Position numbers and translations under genes: made by a program. Positions 56,219-64,000 of a stretch of 64,000 nucleotides of DNA are shown here, in pieces. How positions within the stretch are numbered: position 1 is the stretch's first letter; each line of letters begins with the position of its first letter. The notes under the pieces are model-generated. The model did not search any database, was not told the DNA's origin, and worked only from the letters and a program-made list of their open reading frames with translations. Location: sequence record OL770107; one strand, 5' to 3'. This DNA is from Escherichia phage CLB_P2.

Positions 56219-57490
56219 TAGTGGTGGAAGTTTAACACCGAGATAAGAACTCAACTGACTTTGATTAGCCATTTTGTCCATATCCGAACCATCAATAATG
56301 CGAGCTTCTTTATCGTCCTTAGCGACGGTATAAGGGTTTGCAGTCAATGCATAACGAGCAAGCAATGCTACTGTAGGTTGTAAGCTTTCCGGGTCAACAA
56401 TAACCTTAAATTCACCTACTGAAGTATCACCTTCTTCATCAACCACATCCAAACCTTCCGTATAAGGCGCATAATATAAAGATGCGACCGTCTGTCCTTC
56501 ACCCATCTGAGCATTTACACCAACAATAACATAATCACATGGACTATTCATATCGGCATAAAGAGGTAGACCATTCTTTAATACACCATAAGCCAATTCA
56601 TCTTGGTCTTCCTTTTTCTCAACCCAACCGGAAGCGGCGAGAATAGCAGCACAACGAGAACTAGCTACTGCATAAGTCCCAGCGAAAGAAGTTTGACGTT
56701 GGACGGCAGAGTTCATCTCACACATGTAATAATATAATGTACGAGCACGGTCCTGGGCATTATCATAACGTGGGTTAGTAAGGTCCAATACGCCCTTTTC
56801 AGAAACACCTTGGACTTTAAAACGAGAACTCACCGTAATTAATGACTGTAATACGTCCTTATTAATTTCTTCTGCCATTTGAATGCCTAGCAGATTTTCA
56901 ATGAAATTAGGAGCATTAAATCCGTTTGATTCTAGGTCTTGGGCCAATTCGACTGTCAACGAAGTTTTCAGTTTACGTGATTTAACTTCAGATTGCCATT
57001 TGTCAATACGGAAGCCTGCTTCAGCAATTTCAGGATGGCCTTGTTCGAATTTAGAAGTAATAGCAGCATCTGATACCATACGAATATGTCCGGCCGCCAC
57101 TGCTTCAGAAATAACTTCACCGAGGTCGGTTTCCGTGGTTCCGGCGAAAGGAGATGCTTCTAGAACTTTAAACACTACACTTTCAAACTGGAACATATCG
57201 CCGGCTGCATAAGCTGTAGACGAATCGGTAAATTCAGGAATATTTTCACGTTCCGACATACCAATCTGACCTGCAAATGTGGCGCCACCAAGATAAGTCA
57301 TTTTGTCGTCAGGATTAAGTACACGAACCCCGTACAGAGCGGCCACAGGTTGGCTTGTTTTTTGTTCAGCAACTAGGGCTTTAAAGATTCGTTTATTAGT
57401 TGCTTGGGTGTATGAAAGAAGAGCAGGACGGCCAACCGAGTTGGCAGCCGTCAATGTGGATTCTTTAATTAGGTCTATAATCTTAGACAT
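56210..57490 (-). CDS. gp24-like head vertex protein, diverged paralog
   Basis: 426 aa; about half of positions shared with the upstream gp24, incl. RKLKTSLTVELAQDLESNGF, INKDVLQSLITVS, YAPYTEGLD and LTANPYTVAKDDKEARIID. Confidence 0.8.
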   Translation of the reverse strand: MSKIIDLIKESTLTAANSVGRPALLSYTQATNKRIFKALVAEQKTSQPVAALYGVRVLNPDDKMTYLGGATFAGQIGMSERENIPEFTDSSTAYAAGDMFQFESVVFKVLEASPFAGTTETDLGEVISEAVAAGHIRMVSDAAITSKFEQGHPEIAEAGFRIDKWQSEVKSRKLKTSLTVELAQDLESNGFNAPNFIENLLGIQMAEEINKDVLQSLITVSSRFKVQGVSEKGVLDLTNPRYDNAQDRARTLYYYMCEMNSAVQRQTSFAGTYAVASSRCAAILAASGWVEKKEDQDELAYGVLKNGLPLYADMNSPCDYVIVGVNAQMGEGQTVASLYYAPYTEGLDVVDEEGDTSVGEFKVIVDPESLQPTVALLARYALTANPYTVAKDDKEARIIDGSDMDKMANQSQLSSYLGVKLPPLEK

Positions 57491-58773
57491 TAATCAGCCT
57501 CGTAAATAATTGCTGGAAGTTTAACACCAAGCAGATAGGACATATTACTCTGACCGGCCATTAAATCCATATTGGTTGCATCGATAACACGAGCTTCTTT
57601 ATCGTCTTTAGCTACGGTGTACGGGTTAGCGGACAGTGCATAACGAACCATCAGAGAAATAGAAGGCTGTAATGAATCCGGGTCGACAATAACCTTATAA
57701 GCACCAACGTGTTCTTGGTCGTCTAAATCCAGGCCTTCTGTATATGGGGCGTAGAAAATAGAACCGACAACTTCATTACCACCATAGTTCTCTTTAACAC
57801 CTACGATAACATAATCCAATGGGCTGTTAACGTCGCAGAACAGAGGTAATCCATTCAACAAATAACCATAGGCCGTTTCTGGGAGCCAATTATTATCTTC
57901 AGGTCTATGTTTTAACCAGCCAGAACCTGCAAGCATTGCAGCCACACGACTTGAAGCCACAACAAACGTACCTGAATAAGAAGTAGTTTTCTGGATTTCA
58001 GAATTCATCTCACAAACAATTTCATAAAGTTTACGTGCAGATTCTGGAGCACTATCATAAGTCAAATCGATGATGCCATTATCAGATACACCCGTAACTT
58101 TATAGCGTTTGGATACGGTTATTAGAGATTGCAGAACATCTTTATTAATTTCATCTGCCATTACCGTAGCCAGGAGGTCTTCTAAGAATGCAGGGGCGTC
58201 GAAGCCATTTGATTCCATATCCTGTGCTAATTCTACGGTCAAAGCAGTCTTCAATTTACGGGTCTTAACAGGGGCATTCCATTTATTAACCTGGAATACA
58301 GCATCAGAGATTTCTACATCACTCTCTTCAAATTTAGTGGTATGGGCTGCATCAGGAACCAAACGACACGTTAATGACACCAAACCTTCTTGAAGAGCAT
58401 CGGCCAATTCTGTAGCGCTAGTGGATGCGAGTGGGCTTGCTTGAAGAGCCTTATAAACCACATTCTGATACTTAAAGTAGTCACCCTTGGCAATCGCCTG
58501 GGCTTTATCTGTGAGTTCCGGGATAGTTTCACGGTCTTTAGAACCAACTTCACCACCATAAACTGCACCGGTTTGGAAACTGAATTCATTATCAGGGGTA
58601 AGATATTTGACACCATACAACGCAGCGATAGGTTGGTTTGTACGTTGTTCAGCGATGATATCGCGATAAATTAGTTTAGTGGTAGCACGGGTCAAAGCAA
58701 CAAGATTAGGGCGACCCAATGAGTTGCTGGTAGTAGTTGTTGACTCGCGCAGTAATTCGTTAATCTTTGCCAT
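57490..58773 (-). CDS. 24: head vertex protein gp24
   Basis: 427-aa ORF (T4 gp24 427 aa); N-terminus MAKINELLRESTTTTSNSLGRPNLVALTRATTKLIY nearly identical to T4 gp24. Confidence 0.9.
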   Translation of the reverse strand: MAKINELLRESTTTTSNSLGRPNLVALTRATTKLIYRDIIAEQRTNQPIAALYGVKYLTPDNEFSFQTGAVYGGEVGSKDRETIPELTDKAQAIAKGDYFKYQNVVYKALQASPLASTSATELADALQEGLVSLTCRLVPDAAHTTKFEESDVEISDAVFQVNKWNAPVKTRKLKTALTVELAQDMESNGFDAPAFLEDLLATVMADEINKDVLQSLITVSKRYKVTGVSDNGIIDLTYDSAPESARKLYEIVCEMNSEIQKTTSYSGTFVVASSRVAAMLAGSGWLKHRPEDNNWLPETAYGYLLNGLPLFCDVNSPLDYVIVGVKENYGGNEVVGSIFYAPYTEGLDLDDQEHVGAYKVIVDPDSLQPSISLMVRYALSANPYTVAKDDKEARVIDATNMDLMAGQSNMSYLLGVKLPAIIYEAD

Positions 58774-58801
58774 TGCGCTTTCCTTATTGAGGGTATATGT
58801 T

Positions 58802-58809
58802 TATTTATA
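58802..58809 (-). promoter_or_regulatory. late promoter core TATAAATA for gene 24
   Basis: Minus-strand TTTTATAAATAAAC about 30 nt upstream of gp24 start. Confidence 0.5.
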
Positions 58810-58815
58810 AAAGTT

Positions 58816-58845
58816 GTTTACAGCAAGGTTCCCACGTGTTACTAT
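58816..58845 (+). promoter_or_regulatory. early-promoter-like element pointing antisense into gene 23
   Basis: Plus-strand GTTTAC, 18 nt, TACTAT, followed by the hairpin at 58863-58880. Confidence 0.35.
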
Positions 58846-58862
58846 AGTACAGAAACAAGAAT

Positions 58863-58880
58863 GGGAGACCGAAGTCTCCC
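58863..58880 (-). terminator. hairpin terminator after gene 23
   Basis: GGGAGAC-TTCG-GTCTCCC on the minus strand followed by ATTCTTGTTTCTG. Confidence 0.5.
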
Positions 58881-58896
58881 ATAATAAGGTTAGGTC

Positions 58897-60456
58897 TTAG
58901 ATACCTTTAACATAAACGCGACGGAAGTAACCATTCAGACCGAGGCTGTTAACGATGTCCGGCATACCATTCTGAATACGTTTGGTAGGTGCCTGAGCAG
59001 CTGGGTCAGCGAACGGGTTAATACCGATACCGTAACGAGTTTTGAAGCCCATTACCGGCTGGAAGTTCTTCGGATCGGAACCGCGCAGTGGGGTCAGTGC
59101 AACGTAAGGGGCGTAGTAGATACCTGCGTCCATTTCGTTGGAACCTTTATAACCGATGGTGAAGTAATCAGCACGGGCATACTGGTCGATGTAAACGCGA
59201 TATTTACCACCAAGAACACCGGCAAATACTGCTTTAGTGGTGTCAACGTTGAAACCTTGACCCAGACCTTGAGCTGCATAACTTACAGAAGTATCAACTG
59301 CAGCCAGTACGTTAACTACGTTACGGGAAGCGATGATGAAGTTACCAGCACCACGACCGGTCTGACGAGCGATTTCGGCTGCTTCTTTATCAATCTGGAA
59401 CAGAAGGGCTTTAAAGCTCTCACCGGCCCAACGAGCACCACGGATATCGATCGGGTCCTGGAAGTCAAACACACCAGCTTTAGCGCCAACGGTGTTGGTC
59501 ATACCAGATTTACCAACCTGTGCAGAGTAGTTAATCCAATCAATAACTTCACGGTTGATTTCGAGCATAATTTCGGTAGCAAGGATACCGGACAGTTCAG
59601 CATCTGCATCCATACCGTGTACTGCACGAAGGTCCTGTGCCAGTTCGATGGAGTAGCTTGCTTTCAGCTGACGGGATTTAGCTTCGATAACTTGTTTATC
59701 GATACGGAAGCCCATTTCGTTCCACGGGTTGTCCTGAGAACCGTTAAAGCCTTCCTGAAGTTCAGCGATAGAAGTAGCCATACCTTCAGCCAATTCAGCC
59801 AGCTGACCAGCTTCCAACAGAGCGGTTACGGCAACATCCAGTTTAGCAGCATCGGTAGCAGCAGCATCAACGGTTACGGCTTCAACAGCCTGGAAGTGTG
59901 CAGAACCGGTAGCTTCGAAGAAGTGAGAATAAATTTTACCAACTTCCAGAACTTTACCTGCAGCCAGTGCTTCAAAAGTCTGAGCAGCACCCTGACCAGA
60001 GAACATAGCATTCGGAGCATACATCGGGTGGAAAGCTTCTTTAGCGCCAGCAGCGATAGGGTCTTTACCGTATACTGCGCGCAGTGCAAATACCTGGCCG
60101 GTAGGGTTATTCAGAGGCTGAACACCACAAATATCAAAAGCAATCAGATGAGGAATAGCACGACGAACCATACCCATTACTGCCGGCCCAATCTGAGTTA
60201 CAGCACCAGAGGTCTGGCCAGCTGCGATATTGGTAGCATCATAACCGTGGTCACCACCGATTTCAGCTTCAGTCAGGAAAGAACCAAATGCTTCGGAGAT
60301 TTTTTCGTCACGATATTCAGGAGCGGTCAGAATATCTTGTTCCTGGTTTTCAAAGATTTTAGCGATGATAGCTTGTTTAGAAGCACCAACGATTTCAGGA
60401 AGAGCTTCGTTTTCCAGCAGAGCGGACCATTTTTGTACTAATGCATTCTTTTTCAT
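58897..60456 (-). CDS. 23: major capsid protein gp23
   Basis: 519 aa; long identical stretches to T4 gp23 (IIAKIFENQE, GGDHGYDATNIAAGQTSGAVTQIGPAVMGMVRRAIP, QLKASYSIELAQDLRAVHGMDADAELSGILATEIMLEINREV). Confidence 0.95.
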   Translation of the reverse strand: MKKNALVQKWSALLENEALPEIVGASKQAIIAKIFENQEQDILTAPEYRDEKISEAFGSFLTEAEIGGDHGYDATNIAAGQTSGAVTQIGPAVMGMVRRAIPHLIAFDICGVQPLNNPTGQVFALRAVYGKDPIAAGAKEAFHPMYAPNAMFSGQGAAQTFEALAAGKVLEVGKIYSHFFEATGSAHFQAVEAVTVDAAATDAAKLDVAVTALLEAGQLAELAEGMATSIAELQEGFNGSQDNPWNEMGFRIDKQVIEAKSRQLKASYSIELAQDLRAVHGMDADAELSGILATEIMLEINREVIDWINYSAQVGKSGMTNTVGAKAGVFDFQDPIDIRGARWAGESFKALLFQIDKEAAEIARQTGRGAGNFIIASRNVVNVLAAVDTSVSYAAQGLGQGFNVDTTKAVFAGVLGGKYRVYIDQYARADYFTIGYKGSNEMDAGIYYAPYVALTPLRGSDPKNFQPVMGFKTRYGIGINPFADPAAQAPTKRIQNGMPDIVNSLGLNGYFRRVYVKGI

Positions 60457-60477
60457 GTGTTGTATAACCTTATTAAA

Positions 60478-61293
60478 TTAAGAAATTCGAGATGCTGCGA
60501 TTGCAGACAGGTCCGCGAAGGACAGGGTAGGCTTAGCGCCTTTTTCTTCAACTGCTTCCGAAATGTAATTCAGTGCTGCAGCATCGTCTTCAGTTTTATT
60601 TATAGCGGCTTCGGTGATTGGGTTTTCAACGTCAGTCTGACCTTTAACCATTTCAACGATAGCGCCAATTTTTTTACCAAATGCATCGGAATAATCCATG
60701 CCTTCTACCAGAGAACTAACTTTTTCTTTCTGAGATTCAGTCAGGTCTTTGGTTGCTTCCATAACAGCTTGTTCACGCTGTACGTAATTAATATATGCGT
60801 CACGCTTGCCAACTTCTTCGAACAAACGAGCGGTTTCAGCTTTCTGTTCAGCCAATTCTTCTTCCATTTCAGCGACAACGTCTACTGCTTCTTCTGGAAC
60901 AACCACGTTATGTTCAACAAACAGTTCTTTCATACCCATCAACATGGATTCGAACAGTTCGGCTTTAATACCTTTATCAACAGCCAGCTGGTTTTCAGCC
61001 ATCCATTCTTTAGCGACGTGGTCAAGGAAACGTCCGGCAGCTTCTTGGATTTTCTTATCAGCTTTTTCTTCAGCTTCTTCTTTATTTTTCTCAACTTCTT
61101 CTTCCGCTTTTTCAGCGATTTTAGCGATATGAGATTCAGCCAGTTTAACGGCGTGTTGCTTGACGGTAGCTTCGAATACAGTGCCGAAAGTTTCTTTTGC
61201 TTCCGGAGAAATATTAACTGATTCGAAAATACTGTCAAGAGCAACGGAAGCATCAATATTCTGTGCTTCGGCGATCAGTTGTTCTTTAAGCAT
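60478..61293 (-). CDS. 22: prohead core scaffold protein gp22
   Basis: 271 aa; N-terminus MLKEQLIAEAQNIDASVALDSIFESVNISPEAKETFGTVFEA as in T4 gp22. Confidence 0.85.
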   Translation of the reverse strand: MLKEQLIAEAQNIDASVALDSIFESVNISPEAKETFGTVFEATVKQHAVKLAESHIAKIAEKAEEEVEKNKEEAEEKADKKIQEAAGRFLDHVAKEWMAENQLAVDKGIKAELFESMLMGMKELFVEHNVVVPEEAVDVVAEMEEELAEQKAETARLFEEVGKRDAYINYVQREQAVMEATKDLTESQKEKVSSLVEGMDYSDAFGKKIGAIVEMVKGQTDVENPITEAAINKTEDDAAALNYISEAVEEKGAKPTLSFADLSAIAASRIS

Positions 61294-61320
61294 TTTGTAG
61301 TCCTGTTGTTTAGATAATAA

Positions 61321-61328
61321 TATTTATA
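61321..61328 (-). promoter_or_regulatory. late promoter core TATAAATA for gene 22
   Basis: Minus-strand GTTATAAATATT overlapping the gene 21 stop. Confidence 0.45.
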
Positions 61329-61959
61329 ACGCTTTTTTCATGGCCTCTGCGAGAGCCATAAAGGCGTCATCGGCACTGGTATCGGTATCTACCGTTTGTG
61401 ATTCTGTAATTTGTTTAGGAGTTACATAAGCATCAGGAGCAGATGGACCCCATACTGCATCAACACCGACGGTTAATTTATAACCTTCGTTTACACGCTT
61501 ATATCCTTTATTGGTTTCAGTTAAAGAACCTAGACCACGAGAACTAACACCAGGCACCCAACCGGCTCTAATATTAGCAGCTAGTTTATCACCAGGACCA
61601 TGGTCGCCTTCAATAATACGAGCACGTCCATAAACGTCATTACCTTTCCACCACATATCTTCAATAATAATAGCGGCTTGCATAGGGTCGACGTTAGCAC
61701 GAGGCGGATGATTTAATTCTCCTAAAGCTTGTTTAGTAGCAACCTGTTCTGCCATATAATCAGCAACAGCTTTTTCCAAAATAGGTTTTGGATAAAGGCG
61801 TTTATTACGGTTAACCACTTCGGCTTGCATGAATATGCCTTCTATATAAAGGCCCGGGGCAAGTCCAGAATCTTTTCCATCATGAGATTCCAACATCGGA
61901 ACCCCATCGATAATTTCACCTGGTTGTCCCCAATGTTCGATGAGCAATTCAGGTTTCAT
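61324..61959 (-). CDS. 21: prohead core protease gp21
   Basis: 211 aa; near-identical to T4 gp21 (GVPMLESHDGKD, GELNHPPRANVDPMQAAIIIEDMWWKGNDVYGRARIIEGDHGPGDKLAANIRAGW). Confidence 0.9.
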   Translation of the reverse strand: MKPELLIEHWGQPGEIIDGVPMLESHDGKDSGLAPGLYIEGIFMQAEVVNRNKRLYPKPILEKAVADYMAEQVATKQALGELNHPPRANVDPMQAAIIIEDMWWKGNDVYGRARIIEGDHGPGDKLAANIRAGWVPGVSSRGLGSLTETNKGYKRVNEGYKLTVGVDAVWGPSAPDAYVTPKQITESQTVDTDTSADDAFMALAEAMKKAL

Positions 61960-62387
61960 TAGTTAAGTCCAAAGGCTTTACGTTTAGAACGAGCTTTCTT
62001 ACGCTTACGTTCAGCACGTACTTGAGTAGACGGGTTAGCACGTTTGGTTTTAGACGCTTTGCGAGCAATCTGACGGCGTTTTGCTTTAGACAACCCAGTC
62101 GTTTGATAAGCGTTGCGTTGACGGGTTTTAATATCTTTAGTACGAGTAAGCTCACCTTTAGAAGAGACGTGCTTAACGATAAATTCGTTAAGAGCCATAT
62201 TTTCATTCAAAGAGGCAATGGCGATAGCTGTATCGATATCACCATCAGCAATCATGTTCTCTACAAGATTATTTATATCGCTTTTCTCGAGGGCTTCAGA
62301 AAGAGTAGCAAAACGTCCCTGTGCTTCTGGAATTTTGGCCTCTACGCTTTCTAGAGTTAATTCGTAATCATCAGGGATAAGGAACAT
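61959..62387 (-). CDS. 68: prohead core protein gp68
   Basis: 142-aa ORF (T4 gp68 141 aa) between 67 and 21. Confidence 0.6.
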   Translation of the reverse strand: MFLIPDDYELTLESVEAKIPEAQGRFATLSEALEKSDINNLVENMIADGDIDTAIAIASLNENMALNEFIVKHVSSKGELTRTKDIKTRQRNAYQTTGLSKAKRRQIARKASKTKRANPSTQVRAERKRKKARSKRKAFGLN

Positions 62388-62665
62388 TATTCGTCGTCCT
62401 CGTCTTCATCATCATCGCCGTCATCACCTTCATCCGCATCGTCAGATTCTTTTTTGTCTTTCTTATCTGCTTTATCGGATTTTTCGTCTTTATCTTCGTC
62501 TTCGTCATCTTCGTCGGCTTCTTCGCCTTCAATCATAACGGAGCGAGCAATTTCTGCTTTACGGGCTTCAATCAAAGCGGCTACTCGAGATTCGATAAGC
62601 GGGGCTGCTGCTTTACGAACTGCTACGAGGTCGTTTGATTTAATAGCTTCGATTAAATCTTCCAT
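62387..62665 (-). CDS. 67: prohead core protein gp67
   Basis: 92-aa ORF with an extremely acidic C-terminal half; between 20 and 68. Confidence 0.6.
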   Translation of the reverse strand: MEDLIEAIKSNDLVAVRKAAAPLIESRVAALIEARKAEIARSVMIEGEEADEDDEDEDKDEKSDKADKKDKKESDDADEGDDGDDDEDEDDE

Positions 62666-64000
62666 TAGAAATCCTCTTCTTCTTCATCTGGGTTTTGGAA
62701 ACGAGCCTCTTTAGACTCTTCTTCAATTTGCTTAGCTTCTTGATTAATTTCTTCGTCAGTCATCTGAAGGAAATCTTTCATAGCCGTTTGATGTGAAATA
62801 TACTTACCAATAAATGGTTCAGCCATCGTTAGCATATTGATTCTGCGTTCCATGATTTCCGCATCTTTCATTTCACTGAAATAGCTATCACGATTGAACG
62901 TAACTTTAATATTATTTATTTCCTTTTCCCACTCATCTTCTGTAATAATCTTTTTAAGAATGAGGTTTGTTTTTAACGGGTCTAGGAAAATTTCTTCAAA
63001 TTTGTTTTGTAGCTGGCGAATCCATTTAGCAAATTTCAACTCATCACGAGTGATTGCTGTACCGGCATCAAACATAACGCCTGAATTAGATTCACTAGGG
63101 ATACGTGACTCTGGAATACGCAGTGCACGATAAAGTGCTGTGCGGAAATAAAGAACATCATCCATATCACTCATACCAGTAGCACCTGGCATTGTATCAA
63201 CTTCTGTTACCGCTTTACCGTCACGACGTTGCAACCAATAGTCTTCAGTCATAGACATATTATGTTGTTGGTTTTTAATTTTACCTGTCGAAGCATCATA
63301 CACCACACGGTTTTTCATCGTGTTCATGATATGTTGCATTTGTGCTGCAGCCTTACGTGAAGGCATATTACCTGTATCGATATAAAACACACGACGGTCA
63401 GGAGCACGTGTAATACGGTAGATGACCATTGCGTCTTCCATCAATTTAAGCTGGTTTGCAGGCTTAATAGCACGTTGCAAATAGCCAATGATGTTTTTAC
63501 CGCAACAATCTAATAATCCGGAATGTGCATAAACTACGGCAGCACGAGGAATTTTAACTTTAGTCCCGGCTGAATAAATGCGTCCATCAGCGCAATAACT
63601 TTCATGGCCTGTGTCGTAAACGAAAAACTCGCGATACCCGTCTACAATTTTAACGCCGTCTTCCATACGTGTAACGATTTCACGAATATATTGGACTTGG
63701 CGCGGGTCTAAGCGTCGAAGCTCTTGTACGCCATCTTTCATTTTTTTAGGGTTTATAATTTTATGAAAGAATATTCTCGAGTCTACATACCAACGTTGGA
63801 AATGGTCAGTGCCTTTACGTTGGAAATTTAAAAGGTTTAAAACTTCACTAAATTCAGCCAAAATTTTATCTTTAATTGATTGACTAAATTCCGTGCCGTC
63901 TAAATTCAATGCAACTACTTCTTTATCATCCTCGTAGACAATAGCGTCAGACACAATTTCTTGAACGGCATTGTCGACTTCATAGTTGTTCATCAAATTA
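62665..64000 (-). CDS. 20: portal vertex protein gp20, N-terminus beyond window edge
   Basis: ORF open to the 3' window edge; long near-identical stretches to T4 gp20 ([65 protein letters not shown]). Confidence 0.9.
   Translation of the reverse strand, partial: NLMNNYEVDNAVQEIVSDAIVYEDDKEVVALNLDGTEFSQSIKDKILAEFSEVLNLLNFQRKGTDHFQRWYVDSRIFFHKIINPKKMKDGVQELRRLDPRQVQYIREIVTRMEDGVKIVDGYREFFVYDTGHESYCADGRIYSAGTKVKIPRAAVVYAHSGLLDCCGKNIIGYLQRAIKPANQLKLMEDAMVIYRITRAPDRRVFYIDTGNMPSRKAAAQMQHIMNTMKNRVVYDASTGKIKNQQHNMSMTEDYWLQRRDGKAVTEVDTMPGATGMSDMDDVLYFRTALYRALRIPESRIPSESNSGVMFDAGTAITRDELKFAKWIRQLQNKFEEIFLDPLKTNLILKKIITEDEWEKEINNIKVTFNRDSYFSEMKDAEIMERRINMLTMAEPFIGKYISHQTAMKDFLQMTDEEINQEAKQIEEESKEARFQNPDEEEEDF

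Noticed and set aside
59257-60441. 394-aa plus-strand ORF antisense within gene 23 (and similar long antisense ORFs at 60457..61221 in gene 22 and 42977..43762 in gene 29)
   Set aside because: They lie entirely inside genes with unambiguous, highly conserved products on the other strand; their translations are low-complexity (Ser/Thr/Phe-rich) without motifs. Typical antisense shadow ORFs.

Overview
This window is a 64-kb segment of a T4-like (T-even type) myovirus genome, almost entirely coding and collinear with the T4 map as I recall it. No database search or computation was run; all calls come from reading the ORF translations, motifs and gene order. Gene order: asiA (3' fragment) and holin t; long-tail-fibre genes 38-37-36-35-34 (minus strand); rnh-dsbA-33-59-32; a block of small early ORFs; frd-td-nrdA-nrdB-denA; rnlA-alc-spanin pair-pseT; small ORFs-cd-31-rIII; a 30.x-like accessory block and DNA ligase 30; two tandem Alt-like ADP-ribosyltransferase genes; baseplate hub/tube genes 54-48-29-28-27-51 (minus) and 26-25; uvsY; uvsW (minus); inh-like and hoc; rnlB; head genes 24 (two copies)-23-22-21-68-67-20 (minus, gene 20 truncated by the window edge). 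The most interesting candidate is an antisense two-gene insert between hoc and rnlB: a collagen-like repeat protein followed by a second Hoc-like Ig protein carrying the same capsid-binding tail as Hoc. Other departures from the T4 layout: tandem Alt paralogs with a swapped central region, a duplicated gp24 vertex gene, a NADAR-like/HAD-like gene pair, intron-less td and nrdB with no homing endonuclease ORFs, a T2-type Gly-rich gp38 adhesin, and about ten early-promoter/stem-loop cassettes flanking small ORFs. No rRNA, tRNA, CRISPR array, integrase or transposase was recognised. Coordinates of short motifs are approximate (+/- 2 nt).
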